Below, one piece after another: positions 29,097 to 43,565 of a stretch of DNA of 64,000 bases. Each line of letters starts with the position of its first letter. The first letter of the stretch is position 1. Position numbers and translations under genes: made by a program. Source of the stretch: Eledone cirrhosa (lineage: Eukaryota); NCBI GenBank assembly GCA_964016885.1, contig OZ024741.1, forward strand, positions 109,554,001 through 109,618,000, in the 5' to 3' direction. Below the pieces are notes generated by a model. The model made no database searches, was not told the DNA's origin, and saw nothing but the letters and a program-made list of their open reading frames with translations.

Positions 29097-29226
29097 ATAA
29101 ATGTAAGTTATCGCCGTAATGGAAAAAGACGAGTATTGACGTATGTACGTCAATACTCATCTTTTTCCATTTCTCCGAGGGTTCTTAACCCCAATATCAG
29201 GCTAAATAATTTCTTTAATTTCTTTA

Positions 29227-29261
<35 letters not shown>

Positions 29262-29474
29262 AGAGAAGTCAGCAAGGGAATAGAAAGAAGACTACAATGC
29301 AATTATATTATATTGGTTTAACGCTTGATACAGATGGAAAACAGTCTCACCGTTTCGGACGCTAGTCCTTCGTTGGAAGATTATAAAAGAGAGAAGAGTA
29401 GATGTTTGCGAGAGAGAAGAAGAAAAATTTGAAGACAAGAGTTAGACAGATATGTATGTGTATTATGTATATAT

Positions 29475-29536
<62 letters not shown>

Positions 29537-29952
29537 ATGTATGATGGCAATCACATACAAACATGCGCAGCCACATCAGAGAGAGATAGAAAGAAAAAGA
29601 CAGTGAGTGCGTGTATGTGTTGTGTACGTTTGTGTGTGTGCGACAGAAAGAGAGAGAGAGGGGGGAAGAGATGGGGAGAGAGAGAGAGAGGGGGTCTGAA
29701 CCTGTCAAGAGATGGCGGCAAGATCAAAAGACAACTGTTTATCCCAACCCAGCTGCCGCCCACCTATTGTTGATGACAGTGGAATTTATAAAAGAAGGCA
29801 GGACTCCCGATTGTTAAAGATACATCAAAATTCCTCCCAGCTGTTCAATTTACTATCACAACTACTACTGCAAAAACAATAACAACCACAAAAACAACAG
29901 TAACAACAATAGCAACCACAATAACAAAATGTATTTTACATATGAGGAAAAC

Positions 29953-29984
<32 letters not shown>

Positions 29985-30050
29985 CTTCTTCTTCTACTGC
30001 TACTACTACTACTACCACCACTACCACCACCACCACCACTACTACTACTA

Positions 30051-30081
<31 letters not shown>

Positions 30082-30204
30082 CATTACTACTACTACTACT
30101 ACTACTGCTACTGCTGCTCTGCTGCTGTTGTTGCTGTTGATAGTGGTAATGATGATGATGATGGTGATGATGATATAGATATTGTTATATATTATTTACT
30201 ACAA

Positions 30205-31540
30205 AGGGCGGTAGATTGGCAGTATTGGTAGAGGGTCTGACGCCATGTTTTACAGCAAAGAGTTACGGCCCTTAATGGTCTGAGTTCAAATCCCGCCGAG
30301 GTTAACTTTGCCTTTCATCCTAACGGGGTCGATAAAATAAAGTACCAGTAATACACTGATATAAATGATGGCCTTGTGCCAAAAGTAGAAACAATTATTT
30401 ACTACCAAGGCCCAAGACATTGAAGACAGTACAACCAATCCCAAATAATATTAACAACACAAGACAGAAAATATTTCAAAATGAGGGAGAAAGACGTAGG
30501 CTGATCAGTACTACCCACACTAAACCTCGAGTTCCTCTGAGACACCAGAGGCAAGTGTAATCTTCTAGTTTCAGCCTGGATTGGCAGTATCGGTAGAGGG
30601 TTGGGCGCCATGCTTTCGAGCATAGAGTTACGGCCCTTGCCATTTCTGAGTTCAAATCCCGCTGAGGTTAACTTTGCCTTTCATCCTTAAGGGTTCGATA
30701 AAATAAAGTACCAGTAATGCACTGGGTAATTGCTGGCCTTGTGCCAAAAGTAGAAACAATTATATTATAAAGGAAACCTCCCTAACGTGGATCTCACATA
30801 AAAAATTCAGTGGGATCACCGGAGAAATTGGAAATTTATTATTTTTTAAATCTTATATTCTAGTATTAGAATAAATAAATAGATAAATAAATAATTGTTT
30901 CTACATTTGGCACAAGGCCAACAATTTTAAGGGAAAGGGAATGTCGATTAAATCGACCCCAGTGCGTTACTGTTACTTTGTTACATCGACCCCGAAACGA
31001 TGAAAGACAAAGCTAACCTCGGAGGAATTTGTACTCAGAATTTAAAGTGATGTAATTCTATGCCGTAAAGCATGTTGTCCGACGTTCTACTGATATTGCC
31101 AATCTCCCGCCCTTTTAGAATATAGACACAAGGCCAACAACGTTAGGGGAGAGGTAAATACTTAACTGGTACTTTATTTTATCGTCTTCGGCAATGCTCG
31201 GATGGATGAGTGTTTCGGAATTTTATCATTCACGGAATGACGAAGGGCAAACTTGACCACGACGGGATATGAACTCAACTTAAAGGGCTGATATAAATAA
31301 ATCAAATAGTTTGTCCTAACCCTTAATAATTTTATCAATTCACTCCTCCCCCCCCCCCCCCTTCAGCTATGCCCTAATGATTGTTTCTACTTTTGGTACA
31401 AGATCAGCAATTCGAAGGGAAGAGAATAGTCCATCAAATCGATCTTAGTCCGTTACTCGTACTTTTATTTTATCGACCCCGTAAGGTTGAAAGGCAAAAC
31501 TAAACTTGGCGGGAGTTGAACTCTGAACGAAAAGGGCCCT
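30205..31540. mobile_element. SINE cluster (30205-30400 +, 30578-30762 +, 30892-31112 -, ~31120-31280 -, 31378-31540 -)
   Basis: Repeated family consensus with A and B boxes. Confidence 0.85.
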
Positions 31541-31914
31541 CAACTGAGTATAGGATTGGCACATTAGAAATCTATAAATCTGTTGCTCAAAAGACAAATG
31601 TAACAACCTATATTTCCTATAACATATTTATGGAGAGAAAATGAGTGCTCAACCGGACCGCCGAATTTGAAGAATTCTTTTGGGATCTCATCAGCAACTG
31701 AAGACACTCACCACATTTCAACGAGGATATTAAGAAGATCTCATGCATATTGTGTATAAGTAGACATGAACTGAGTAGATTTAGAGTGTATATACTAAAG
31801 ACAAAGTGTGTATATGTAGATAAAATAAACAGGGTGGAGATGTAAATAAGGAGGGTAGAGTGTAATAGAGGCTTTTCTATTCATTGTAAATATTCTCTGA
31901 ATATTGCTGTCTTA

Positions 31915-32466
31915 CAGTAGTAGAGGTAGTCGTAGTTGTTGTCATTTTTGTTGCTATTGTTGTTGTTACTGCTGCTGCACTGCTACTGCTGTTTTTTTGT
32001 GGTGCTGTTGTTGTTGCTGTTGTTGCTGTTGTTGCTGTTGTTGCTGTGGTTAGTGTTGTTTACCCTGCTGCTTTTATTGCAGATGTTATTGTTGTTGATG
32101 ATGTTGTTATTGCTGTTGCTGTTGTTACTGCTGCTGTCGGTGCTGCTGTCGGTGACGTTGTTGCTGCTGCTCATGTTGGTGGTGTTGTTGCTGTTATTAC
32201 TGCTGTTGTTAATGATATTACTGCTGATATTGTTGTTCCTGTTGGTGTTGTTGTCGATGCTGCAGTTGTTGTTGTTATTACTGCTGATGTCGATGCTGCT
32301 GTTGTTGCTACTATTACTTCTGATGTTGATGCTGCTATCAAAGTTGTTGTTGTTGCTGCTCATGTTGTTGTTTGACTGTTCTATCTTCTCTTTCCAATTT
32401 CAATATCAGTATTTGCAGGTGTTATGGAAGAAATTGTGATGTTTCATGAATTCCTCATGTTGTTGT

Positions 32467-32500
<34 letters not shown>
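31915..32500. repeat. Degenerate (GTT/GCT/GAT)n trinucleotide region
   Basis: Low complexity; yields poly-L/V/N ORFs. Confidence 0.9.
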
Positions 32501-32666
32501 ATACTTCTCTCACATTACTTTTATACATGTTGTATTTTCGTGTTTTCAGCAATATTAGCAAGCACACAAAGATACACACACACACATACACATCCACACA
32601 TACACACACACAAAGACCCATGGACGCACGCGCTCATACAAACATATATATCAATGTACGTATATA

Positions 32667-32747
32667 TATAGGCTGTCTCCCCCAAAATGTATACACACTT
32701 CAACAGCATTCTAATAAATGAGTATATATGTTGGGGACACCCTGTAT
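32667..32747. mobile_element. Tiny Tc1/mariner-type MITE remnant
   Basis: Imperfect TIRs TAGGCTGTCTCCCCAAAATGTATAC / GTATATATGTTGGGGACACCCTG, with TA at both ends. Confidence 0.5.
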
Positions 32748-34240
32748 ATACTCAGACCGGGTGATGCGTTATGTCCTTGAGCAAGACACTTTATTTCACG
32801 TTGCTCCTTCTACCTGGAGTTGCGACCGATAGATAGTATTAGCAATTCGAAAGACTAATGGAAACGTTGTTTCCCCGGTCCGATTTGACGAACGTCGATC
32901 GACTGTCGATGTATATACTTTTATGTGTTTTATGTATGTAGGTTCCTATGTCTATGTGTGCATATTTCTGTGTGTGAGTGTGTACGCGTGGATTTGTGTG
33001 TGTGAGTAGTGTATTTGTAGTGTGCATATATATGTGTGTGAGAGTTTGTCTAATCTATTCAAAATACTGTAACATAAGAAATAACAAAATGTTCCTAGTT
33101 TTCCACAATTGCCGTCGAGATCTCATGTGTCCTCTGCAAATTGGGAAGACAGCAACCCTCGTAAGGAAGGAGCTACGTGAGGAGAGGTGGCTCTTGTAGT
33201 GGGTGTCGCTGGCCATTCTCGGCAGTAATGCCTTCACTATTCTATCCACAGATAAATTCCAATAAATTCATCACCTTCACCACCCTCACAAAAATTCCCA
33301 ACACCCTCAACAACAACAACCCCCACTACTTCCAACACATGCAACAACAACACGAACAAAAACAACGATAACACTGACAATGACAAGGTCAATACCAACA
33401 ACAACAAAAACAACCCCATCATCATCTTTACCACCGACACCACTACTAGCATCACCCCAAATCAAAAAATAACATCACCACGCTAACACCCATCAAACCC
33501 ACCCTATAACCACCACCCCGCCCTATAAACACCAACCTCACCCTCATAGCCATCAATGCCACCTTGTGAAGCAACCAAGAAGCTTCCATGTGGTTACTCA
33601 ACCCCATAGTAATAGCAACCAAATCTCGTCCTCCAGTCTTAAAATGTCACCATGTTGGATGAAGTGGTTCTGCGTCGTCAGCATGTATAAAGACATGATG
33701 GCCACGGCTGGAATGAATATAATCGTATGTTTACACGTTCAGGGCTAAATAGGGACAATAAGAAACGTCCTTATTAATACGAAAGAAACAACACCACCAC
33801 CAAAACAGTCCCACCAATAGCGCCACCATACTTATGAATACTATCTATAGCTCTTTCACCATTACCATAGTACTGTTAACACCACCAGCATCTCCACCAC
33901 CACACTTATATCACCACCATCGACACCACCACTGCCCCATTGCCACTGCCAATATCTGTGACGTCATCACCACACTCGGAAGGAATGGCGCCAACCATAT
34001 GACTGAACGGAAACAAAGACACAAACACGAGAGAGAGAAAAAAGATCCCCAGACGCATGCATTATATACATACATAAACAAACACATACATGAACACACA
34101 CACACACACACACACGCACACACATATATATGTAAATATATACATATATATATACACATATATATATGCATGTATATATATATATATGCATATATATATA
34201 TGTATATCTATATGTATATATATATGTATATATATATATG

Positions 34241-34402
<162 letters not shown>

Positions 34403-34432
34403 TATTTATACATACATACATATATATATATC

Positions 34433-34474
<42 letters not shown>

Positions 34475-34566
34475 CCATATGTATATTTCTACACACAAAC
34501 ACACACACACATATATATATATATATAATTATACATATGTATATTTATACATATATATATCCATAT

Positions 34567-34604
<38 letters not shown>

Positions 34605-34618
34605 CGATATGTATATTT

Positions 34619-34688
<70 letters not shown>

Positions 34689-34714
34689 ATATGTATATTT
34701 CTACACACACACAC

Positions 34715-34816
<102 letters not shown>

Positions 34817-35161
34817 CGTTTCTGAATTTGTTTAGCAAGATTCTTTATCTGAAATCGTGTGTTGAAACCGATATTGTTACACTTTGGGAGGGTCATGCTG
34901 ACACACAAACAAAATGGCGTAGGATAGAAGAAAGGAAAGGCACAGAAACGAAGAAAGAAATCCCCAGTCACTGAAGAGGTCACAGAGTGTGTGACGAAAG
35001 AACTATGACTATATATATATAAACAACTATCTGGTTGTGGAACCAACCAACCAACCAGAAATTTATAAATTTGTAAATTTATAAATATTTAATAAATTAA
35101 ATTGAAGTGAAAGCAACTGGTGCGTGTGTTTCTTATTGGCAGCATGACCCTCCCAAAGTGT

Positions 35162-35165
<4 letters not shown>
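34817..35165. mobile_element. Family A mini element: inverted tail end plus pLTR with hammerhead
   Basis: 34817-34900 is the reverse complement of the tail plus end. 34900-35165 is the pLTR ending CCCAAAGTGTAACA(TA)n. Confidence 0.9.
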
Positions 35166-35240
<75 letters not shown>

Positions 35241-35965
35241 ATATATACATTTCTACACACACACACATATATATTTATTTGTTTATACATATATATATGT
35301 GTGTGTGTATGGATGAAGTAATGTGAGTCTGAAGGGTCCATTTCTGCTGGATAAAGCCAGTGATGCCGCCATCACTACAGTTGACGTGAAATACTTTAAT
35401 TATACGTAATTCCAACATCAAAGAGTTATTGCATTAAATAACGGTGATGGGGATGATGATGTTGATTGTAGTGATAATCATGGCAGTAATTACGGTGATA
35501 ATGATGCTGATTGTTATGATGGTTATGAGGAGGGAGGGGATCCAATGCTGATAACAGTGGTGATTTTATTGATGTGAATTGCGATAATCATAGTAGTGGA
35601 ATGATTGGTGATGGTGATGGTTGTTATTGTTGTTGCTGATGATACTGATGATTGTAATGATGATGGCAATGATGATGATGGTAGTGAAAAGGAGTAAGAA
35701 ATTTTTTTTTATGGTCGTTGTGATGGTGTTGATTATAAAGATGATGCGGATGACCAAATTTTGGGGTGTATTTATAAATTAATTACAGATTTCGACCTTC
35801 AGGGATAAACATAGGGGAAAATTGACCGGCTCACAAGGATTCCAGTCAGTTTAGCCAAAAAACATTGTAAAGTTCCAACAAAAAACAACCAAGAACAAGG
35901 TGAATGAGCAACAAACTAACGGAGTGGTCTGTTAATAACTTGTGTCGAGACACGAAACAAACGAT

Positions 35966-36180
35966 AATAATTTAGGCACAAGGCCCACAATGTTTTGGTA
36001 AAGGAAAAGTTGACTAACTCGACCCGAGTGCGTTACTAGTATTTTATTTTATCGACCCCGTCAAGATAAAAGACAAAGCTAACCTTGGTAGACTTTGATA
36101 AATTCAGTACGTAAAGGGCCTTAACGCTATACAGTAAAGCATGGCTTCCGATGCCCAGCCGATACTGCCAACCCCCACCC
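35966..36180 (-). mobile_element. tRNA-derived SINE
   Basis: Family consensus, reverse complement. Confidence 0.8.
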
Positions 36181-36234
36181 AATAACAGTAACGATTTCTT
36201 TTACTAAATACGAAAGGTTTACAAAAAGCATATA

Positions 36235-36630
36235 TGGGGCTGGACTGAGGGGACGGCAAAAGGCCAGATGGCATGACAATCTTCCCGTTCCACAGTGGAA
36301 AACCACTTGTCTGGGATGCCACTTGCACCGACACTCTCTGCAGCCGCAGCCTGGTGCAGTCTGCGACTAACCCAGGTTCTGCTGCACGTCGGGCTGAGGA
36401 ATCCAAACTCCTCAAATACCGGTCGCTCTCCGACAGGTTTGCGGTTGTACCCCTGGCAGTGGAGACTTCTGGTGTCCTCGGCCCTAGGGCTACCTCCCTA
36501 CTCACCACCATAGGCACTGAGCTGGCCAGCCGCAGGTGTGAGCCCCGCGAGTTGGAGTGGCTTTTCCAGCGCGTCTCCCTTTTCGTCCTCCGGGGAAACG
36601 CCTTCTCCATTCTGTCTGCCGGGGCTGTGG
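36235..36630 (+). mobile_element. CRE-clade-like non-LTR retrotransposon 3' fragment (RLE endonuclease)
   Basis: DGKRPDGMT.FP...GKPLVWDATC.DT...AA..AE..K..KY..L...PLAVETSG..G...FQRVS....RGNA. Confidence 0.85.
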
Positions 36631-37369
36631 AAGGGTGGGGTGGTGTGTGTGTAGCATCCCGTATTATTCCACTGAATCAAGTTTTTTTAAAGTTATTATG
36701 AGAGATATTTAGTTATATTAGTTACTCTAGGCCTAATTATACTGAGAAATATTACGAGAAAAGAAATATAAGACGTTGCATTACAACTCAGAGTGGCTTT
36801 ATGGAAACATGAGAAGAGGAAATAACAGAAACAAAAGTGATAATAATATAATTTATGCAAAGACAATTTCACAATAAAGGTGAATTTTCCGAGGCCTAAA
36901 CGTGTACAAACACCACAAAAAGCTATATTCGTACTGACCACCTAGTTGCTCTCTTCCTATCTACAGGAGCATGCTCAGATCAGGTCAATTCACTCAGACC
37001 ATGCTCAGCAATCTTTTCAATCTTTCGACTTGTTTGATGGAAGGCAACACTTCTCTCGCCACCATCATTTCTTAATTAGAAACTCAATAAACAGATTTGT
37101 ATGTAACCAATATTGTGTAAATGAAGCATCGAAGCCTTTAGTTAGGTTTGAAATTGTTAGAAGATGTAGCAATCACAACGCATAAAATAACTAACGCACT
37201 AAGAATTTGATAGGTACGGAGTTCGATTCTTTGTAGCGGCTGCTGACCAGTTTTTTCCGTCAATAAGTGTATTTTACACGATTTCCTGAAATATAGTTTA
37301 TAGCAATCCACAAGTGGTTAGAGTGGTTGCATTGGCTGCAGTTATTTTCTACTTTCAGGATTCAAAAAA

Positions 37370-37417
<48 letters not shown>

Positions 37418-38801
37418 AATGTGATTCAAGAAATTACTGGAGCTGGAACCAAAATTAGCACTCGATGCACAGACGGAGTATATATGTGTATAAATAAAAC
37501 GATGAAGCTTCGTTTACATATATTTAGTTATTATATTGTATATAGACCTGTTACGTGCGTTTCGCAAAACATTGGCTCAAGGTCAGCCACACTGTATTTT
37601 TTGGTGAATCTTGAGTCTGCCGAGTGATCGATAATGGAGTCGGACCCACAGTAAATAATCTAGGCACATTTAAATCGATACACATTAAAAAAAACTAAAC
37701 AGATGTAAACGAAACTTGACTGTGTTTCTATATATAAATATATATATATATACACTCATCCAAACACGCACACACACACCAGTACACTACACTCCCTCCA
37801 ACGTCCCCCACACCTTTCTCTCCCTCTCCCCGCTCCACCCACACACACACACACATCCCACTAACACCTCTACTAATACACATCCCCCCCCGCACGACCC
37901 CCTCCCACTCCACCTTTCACACCTACCCATCCTCTCCCCTGTCCACCGCACCTCCGCACACACTGACACACCGACTTTCTCCACCTGCCATTCTCCCCTA
38001 CTGCTGCTATGCCCTGACCCTCTGACCACCTCTCCGCACACACAGACACACAGCCCTCTCCAACTGTCCTTCTCCTCTACCCTCCTCCTGCCTTGACCCT
38101 CTGACCACTTCCTCTTGCGCGCGCACCCCACATCTCCCCTCTTCCGACCAACCCAATCACGGATTACACATATTGGACATCGTTCCCACCAATCAACTCC
38201 ATCACAGGGAAAATATCCGGCAACTCACCCCACTCTCTACGGAACTACCTTAGGAACTTACCCACGGACATACACTCACAAAAAAAAAATGTTTTTCCCA
38301 CACGCCACCTACATCCACAATACGTATAAACACCACACACACGTGCGTACCCCCACATATTTACACACTCAGCCTCTGGAATCCTCCCCACCCCTCCCCC
38401 ATCCCCTGACCCCTCCCCATCCACACGCGCGTACACACACCGACCTACACCCCACCCCACATACACACCTTTTCCTGAACATGGAAGCTCGTTCTTCCCC
38501 CAACTCTCACATTCACATACACACACACACACGTACACCTACACACACACACACACACCACCTTCAGCCCTCCCCGTTCGGACACCCCGCCTCCCTCTCC
38601 CCACTCCACCCGCCACCACACTTACACGCCCCACACCCTTCCACCACTTGTTTATCTTCATATTTATTTTTATTTTTATTATTTTTATTATTTTTTTATA
38701 TTTATTTTCATTTGTACCCCTTCCACCGCCCCCCCCCCCTTTTCTAAATGTCTCTCCCCCACTCTCCTACACACCCTTGGAACTCTCTTCCCACACACTT
38801 T

Positions 38802-38838
38802 TCGCCTGAAGAAGGGCTTATGCCCGAAACGTCGTCGT
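38802..38838 (+). ncRNA. Minimal hammerhead ribozyme in a Penelope-like 3' end (~37760-38937, same family as 8740)
   Basis: CTGAAGA-A-GGGC(ttat)GCCC-GAAA-CG-TC. The downstream AAG..GCGTGAA..AATA segment is shared with 8790-8860. Ends at (TA)n. Confidence 0.75.
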
Positions 38839-38935
38839 CGCCCCCCCCCCCCACACACACACACTCTCAAGAGCGTGAAACTAATAAACCTTTGTTCGTA
38901 CTGCCTCTCTGTTTTGTTCCCGTTCCATTTTTCAC

Positions 38936-38991
<56 letters not shown>

Positions 38992-39105
38992 GGGGTGGGG
39001 TGGAGAGAGAGAGAGAGAGAGATAGGGATGTGTAAAATCCCAACCGCGGTGCCAAGCGGTTTAGTCTTGTGTGTTAAATATAATATAATATAATATAATA
39101 TAATA

Positions 39106-39808
39106 TATATTCATTAGTTAAGCAAAACAAGACCACAAATTTCACAACTAAGACATTATTTAAAGATTGTCAACATAGTTGTAGTTTAATGTAAGGAATG
39201 TAAAGAATAATAATAATTGTTTCTACTTTTTGGCACAAGGCCGGCAAATACCCCAGTGCATTACTGGTACTTTATTTTATCGACCCCGTAAGGATGGAAG
39301 GCAAAGTTAACCTCGACGGGATTTGAACTCAGACCGTAAAGGGACGTAACTATGCTGGAAAGCATGGCGTCCGACCTTCTACCGATACTGCCAATTCACC
39401 GCCTTTAAGAATAATAAGAATAATACTAATAATGTCCGTTTACAGTTGTTTCGCTACTCCATATAATGTTTCTGGATCAAATGATTATAGATCATTATTG
39501 ATCTGGTTCAGATGAAGATAATTAACTTAGGTAAAAATTATTATTATTATTATTTACATTCTTTACATTAAACTACAACTATGTTGACAATCTTTAAATA
39601 ATGTGTTCCTTGTGAAATTTGTGGTCTTGTTTTGCTTAACTAATGAATATTTCCAGCTCTGTGCACCTAACCTCTGCATGAACCCAGCCACCTAGCTGCC
39701 TTCCACTGCATATTGCACATTGAGCACATGCCTTTACGCTTTTCGCTTCTAACTCTCTCTTCTCCTCTCCTATCTCCATCTCTCTCTTTAAGATTGGTTT
39801 ACTGTGTA
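39106..39808. mobile_element. Inverted-arm element (arms 39108-39203 / 39554-39649) interrupted by a SINE at 39212-39405 (-)
   Basis: ~95-bp inverted repeats; GAAACAACTGTA hammerhead half on the minus strand at ~39441-39452; right arm extended ~155 nt to a TA-rich junction. Confidence 0.6.
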
Positions 39809-40325
39809 ATATAATATATATATATATATAATATAATTGTTTCTACTTTTGGCACAAGGTCAGCAATTACTCAGTACATTACTGGTTCTTTATTTTATCG
39901 ATATGTATATACTTATATATATATTTATATATATATAAATGTATACTACAACAGACATGGAGATGACAGCAGTTATCATAATTGTGATGGAGATGATGAT
40001 GATGATGCTGATGACGACGATGACAATGATGATGATGATGACGATGATGATGATGCTGGTGATGGTGATAACTGCGGTGATGCCAGTGATGCTGGTGCTG
40101 TTACTTATGATGATGATGATAAGAATGAGAACTTCGGTGATGCTGGTGATGATAAAAATCATAAAAATTTGACACGGGGGTGCGTCATGCAGCTGTTGTG
40201 GTATCATGTGTGTGTGTGTGTGTGTATTGATGAGTGTGTGACTGTGTGCTTGTGTGTACGTGTGTGTATGAGTGTGGGTATGTAAGTGTGTGTGTGTCCT
40301 TGTCTACGTATATGTGTATATATTC

Positions 40326-40358
<33 letters not shown>

Positions 40359-40377
40359 TATTTACATATATATGTGC

Positions 40378-40473
<96 letters not shown>

Positions 40474-41248
40474 GTGCGTATGTGTGTGTGTGTGTATGTA
40501 TGTGTGTGTGTGTGTGTGTAGATTTTAGCAAGCTATCAATGTATGTAGCTAGAGTTAGTTACAACACCTTGTCATTAAATACAAAATCGTACACGGAATA
40601 TATACACTTAAACACAAATATACACGCATCCCCACGCACAAACACATGCATACAAGCATACATACTTACATACATACATACATACAATCGCACATAAATA
40701 CATACAGTCGCACATAAATACATACAGTCGCACATACATACATATATACATACATACATCCCTCTGGCGACCTGTTTAGCTGTCTTACAGTATATGTCCG
40801 TTTGTCTTTGTCTCTGTTAACCCATGGATGCAGTATATAATTATTCATTTATGCATGTGTCTATCTTGGCATCCCATACACATACATATATATATATATA
40901 TACATATATATATACATGTATATACACATACACTTTAAAAGGAAAACGTTGATCCAATCACGAGTCATTGTTAGTTAATATCTCACCAGCGGTCACGTTT
41001 GGTTAACTGAGCCTATTAACATGTTAACATGAGCTTTACACATTCACTATAGCTGCTCGCTTCTCTTACATTTCCTGTAAGTCTCCACCGTGTAACGCCA
41101 TCCATGCACACTCTATCATATATCCTATGATCAGTTCTGTCAGGTTTTCATAATCAACACATCTATCAAATGAAGTGCTATTCATATGCGTTTGTGTGTG
41201 TGTGAATGCATATAAATATATATATAGATGTGTCTTTGTGTGTGTGTG

Positions 41249-41406
41249 TATAGGAAAAGAGTCAGGACCCTGACGGCTGAGCTCTGGCCGATTCGACAGC
41301 TAGATCCGAACTAAGCCACCAGTCCTGACTCTTTTCCTATCACCCTAAGTATTGAGTATTCTGGTGCGTTATGGTCCACCTGGTATCTTACCACACTCTA
41401 TTTGTT
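41249..41406. mobile_element. Family B mini fold-back
   Basis: ATAGGAAAAGAGTCAGGAC...GTCCTGACTCTTTTCCTAT plus the family B tail running to (TA)n. Confidence 0.75.
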
Positions 41407-41417
41407 ATATATATATT

Positions 41418-41450
<33 letters not shown>

Positions 41451-41639
41451 AGTGTAGTTGAATTTAGTAATAAATATACAAGGTTGGAGGGACGAGCTGT
41501 GTTACATATTGTTTTTATTACATCAACAGCACATTGTTCGAATACACGTGTATCACTGGGTGAGTCTAATAAACCCGCACAGCTCCTCAGTTCGGACATA
41601 ATAACAATTGCTATCTTATTTTATATGTATATACAATTT

Positions 41640-42710
41640 GAAACTAATAAGCTACAAGGATTATATCCAATATGGTAGAGATCTGTAGGGAGAGGGGAAG
41701 AGTGTGTCAATGGGTTTTGATTGTATGTGGGCACCGGTGAAACAATCTGGTCTTGTATATAGGCAGTTGTTCGTGGTGTGCAGCTACTTAAGATGTCTTG
41801 TATTCCTCTGTACATAAATTACACAACTTCATAGGGCATAGATCTTTCAAGTATCCTCTATTTAATGGAGAAATCTACGCTACTATCCTCGAGTGTCCAC
41901 GCAGCTTGCAAGTTTCGTGGCAGATCTCTTGTCTGGGTGCCTAAGTATCGCTTCATAGCAAATGATACGGCCTTTATAGCGAACCTATTGCTTTCCCTCA
42001 TATGTCCTGATCCCCTGCAGCTGGGTTGGTTAAGTCGATTAAATTCTGTTTCATATGCCACGGCGGGTATGTTGTAGTTTTGGCTAATGTGTCATGTGCC
42101 TGGGCTTCTGTATGGTTATGGAGAAATTTTGTGTTTGTTGATGTGCGTTTGTATACTTTTTGCCCAAGAAGAGCCGATTTTCTCCTTATGACACAACGTA
42201 CAGGAAAATATTTCTGTCTTAAAAAATAATTTCCTACGTTAGAGAGTGGGCGGTGAAAGCCATATGATTGTGGTTGCTCTATTTCGTTTTTTTTTTTTTC
42301 AGGGCTTTTACAATTCTGGTCAGTAGAGTAGGAGATTTTTTTTCTGAGAAACCACTGTTGACTAGTACGGTGTTGTAATAAGTGGCTTTCTTCGATAGAA
42401 AGTTAGTGATCGACTTACTGATGTTATTAACTAGGTTTTCAATCCTTATACGTGGGTGACAAGAATTTTTGTGAATGTATTTAAGTTTTTCGTTCATTTG
42501 GTTTGTGGAAAGGTTTGTGTTTGAGTGTGCGTAGGTCTTAGTTGGCATCTAGAGGGTTGACGCTTGAGTTTGGTGGCTACTGCAATTTCTAATCCTAGAT
42601 CTATGGCTATGGAGTTTTTCCTAAAGGCTTCGCAGTTGTGATCACTTTTATGACATTCAAAGGCTAGAAAATCGTCGCGATAAAGCCCTATGGATGTCTG
42701 GGAATTTCGT
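41640..42710 (-). pseudogene. Decayed Naiad-like Penelope RT/thumb region
   Basis: GLYRDDFLA at ~42690-42665, YIHKNSCHP, Y...L..SGF and IIW.SPP. Clade assignment is inferred from these motifs. Confidence 0.65.
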
Positions 42711-42711
42711 T

Positions 42712-43565
42712 CTTAGCTGCTGGAATATGCAGACGAGATTGTATTAGTTAACTCGACAGAAGGTGATCTCCGACTTGAAATTGATTGGGTTGATGCCGAG
42801 TGAAGCATGGCTGGAATGAAAATCAGTGCTGCGAAAACTGAGACACTCTTTCTCTCAAGGAAGCCTGCGCAGTGCACTCTACATGTGAATGGAGTTTCAC
42901 TGAAGTAGATGAAGTTAAAGTATCTCGGAGCCAAGTTCACGAGTGATGGATGGCAGGAGGCTGAATTAAGTGTAAGAACTGCAGGAGCTGGTGCTGTAAT
43001 GCGCCAGCTTCAGCATTCAGTAATCAAAATAAAAGAGGTAGGCGTAAAAGCCAAACTCGCTATTTTCTATTCGGTATTCTTGCCAACCCTTACTTATGGC
43101 CATGAATTTTGGGTAATAACCGAAAGAATACGATCATGAATACAAGGGTCTTTGGAGTAACCTTACTCGATAGAGTGCGTAGCTTGGAGATCAGAGAGTC
43201 ACTCCAGGTAAAGCCGCTACTTTTCCAAATTGAGAAATCACAGCTCCGATATTATGGGCATGTGATTAGAATGTTTCAGGAAAGAATTGTAGGACAGATT
43301 TTACGGGAAAACCCAAGCAGAAGGAAACCCGGGGGGGGGGGGGTAGACTCCGATAACATCCATGAGCTTGGCTGATCTCACTTGGGGATCCAGCTGGATC
43401 AGTTGGAGACGGCTGCTTCTGACAAGACCTGCTGGAAGGCGTGTTTGAGGACTGTGTCCCCCACGAGACTCTCAGGAATAAGTGGTTGGAGAAGAAGAAG
43501 AAGAAGAAGAAGAAGAAGAAGAAGAAGAAGAAGAAGAAGAAGAAGAAGAAGAAGAAGAAGAAGAA
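42712..43565 (+). mobile_element. RTE-clade LINE 3' fragment with (AAG)n tail
   Basis: LEYADEIVL, GMKISAAKT, KYLG, PTLTYGHEFW, GVTLLDRVRS, LRYYGHVIRM; (AAG)n at 43491-43565. Confidence 0.88.

Noticed and set aside
36925-37075. Possible exon (minus frame NDGGERS...GLSELT*SEHAP; plus-strand acceptor at ~36966)
   Set aside because: Internal stop, no recognisable homology and no linked exon.
39890-40207. Met-rich ORF superficially reminiscent of reflectin
   Set aside because: It is a (GAT)n repeat and lacks the reflectin M/FD(X)5MD(X)5MD motif and the Tyr/Arg/Pro content.
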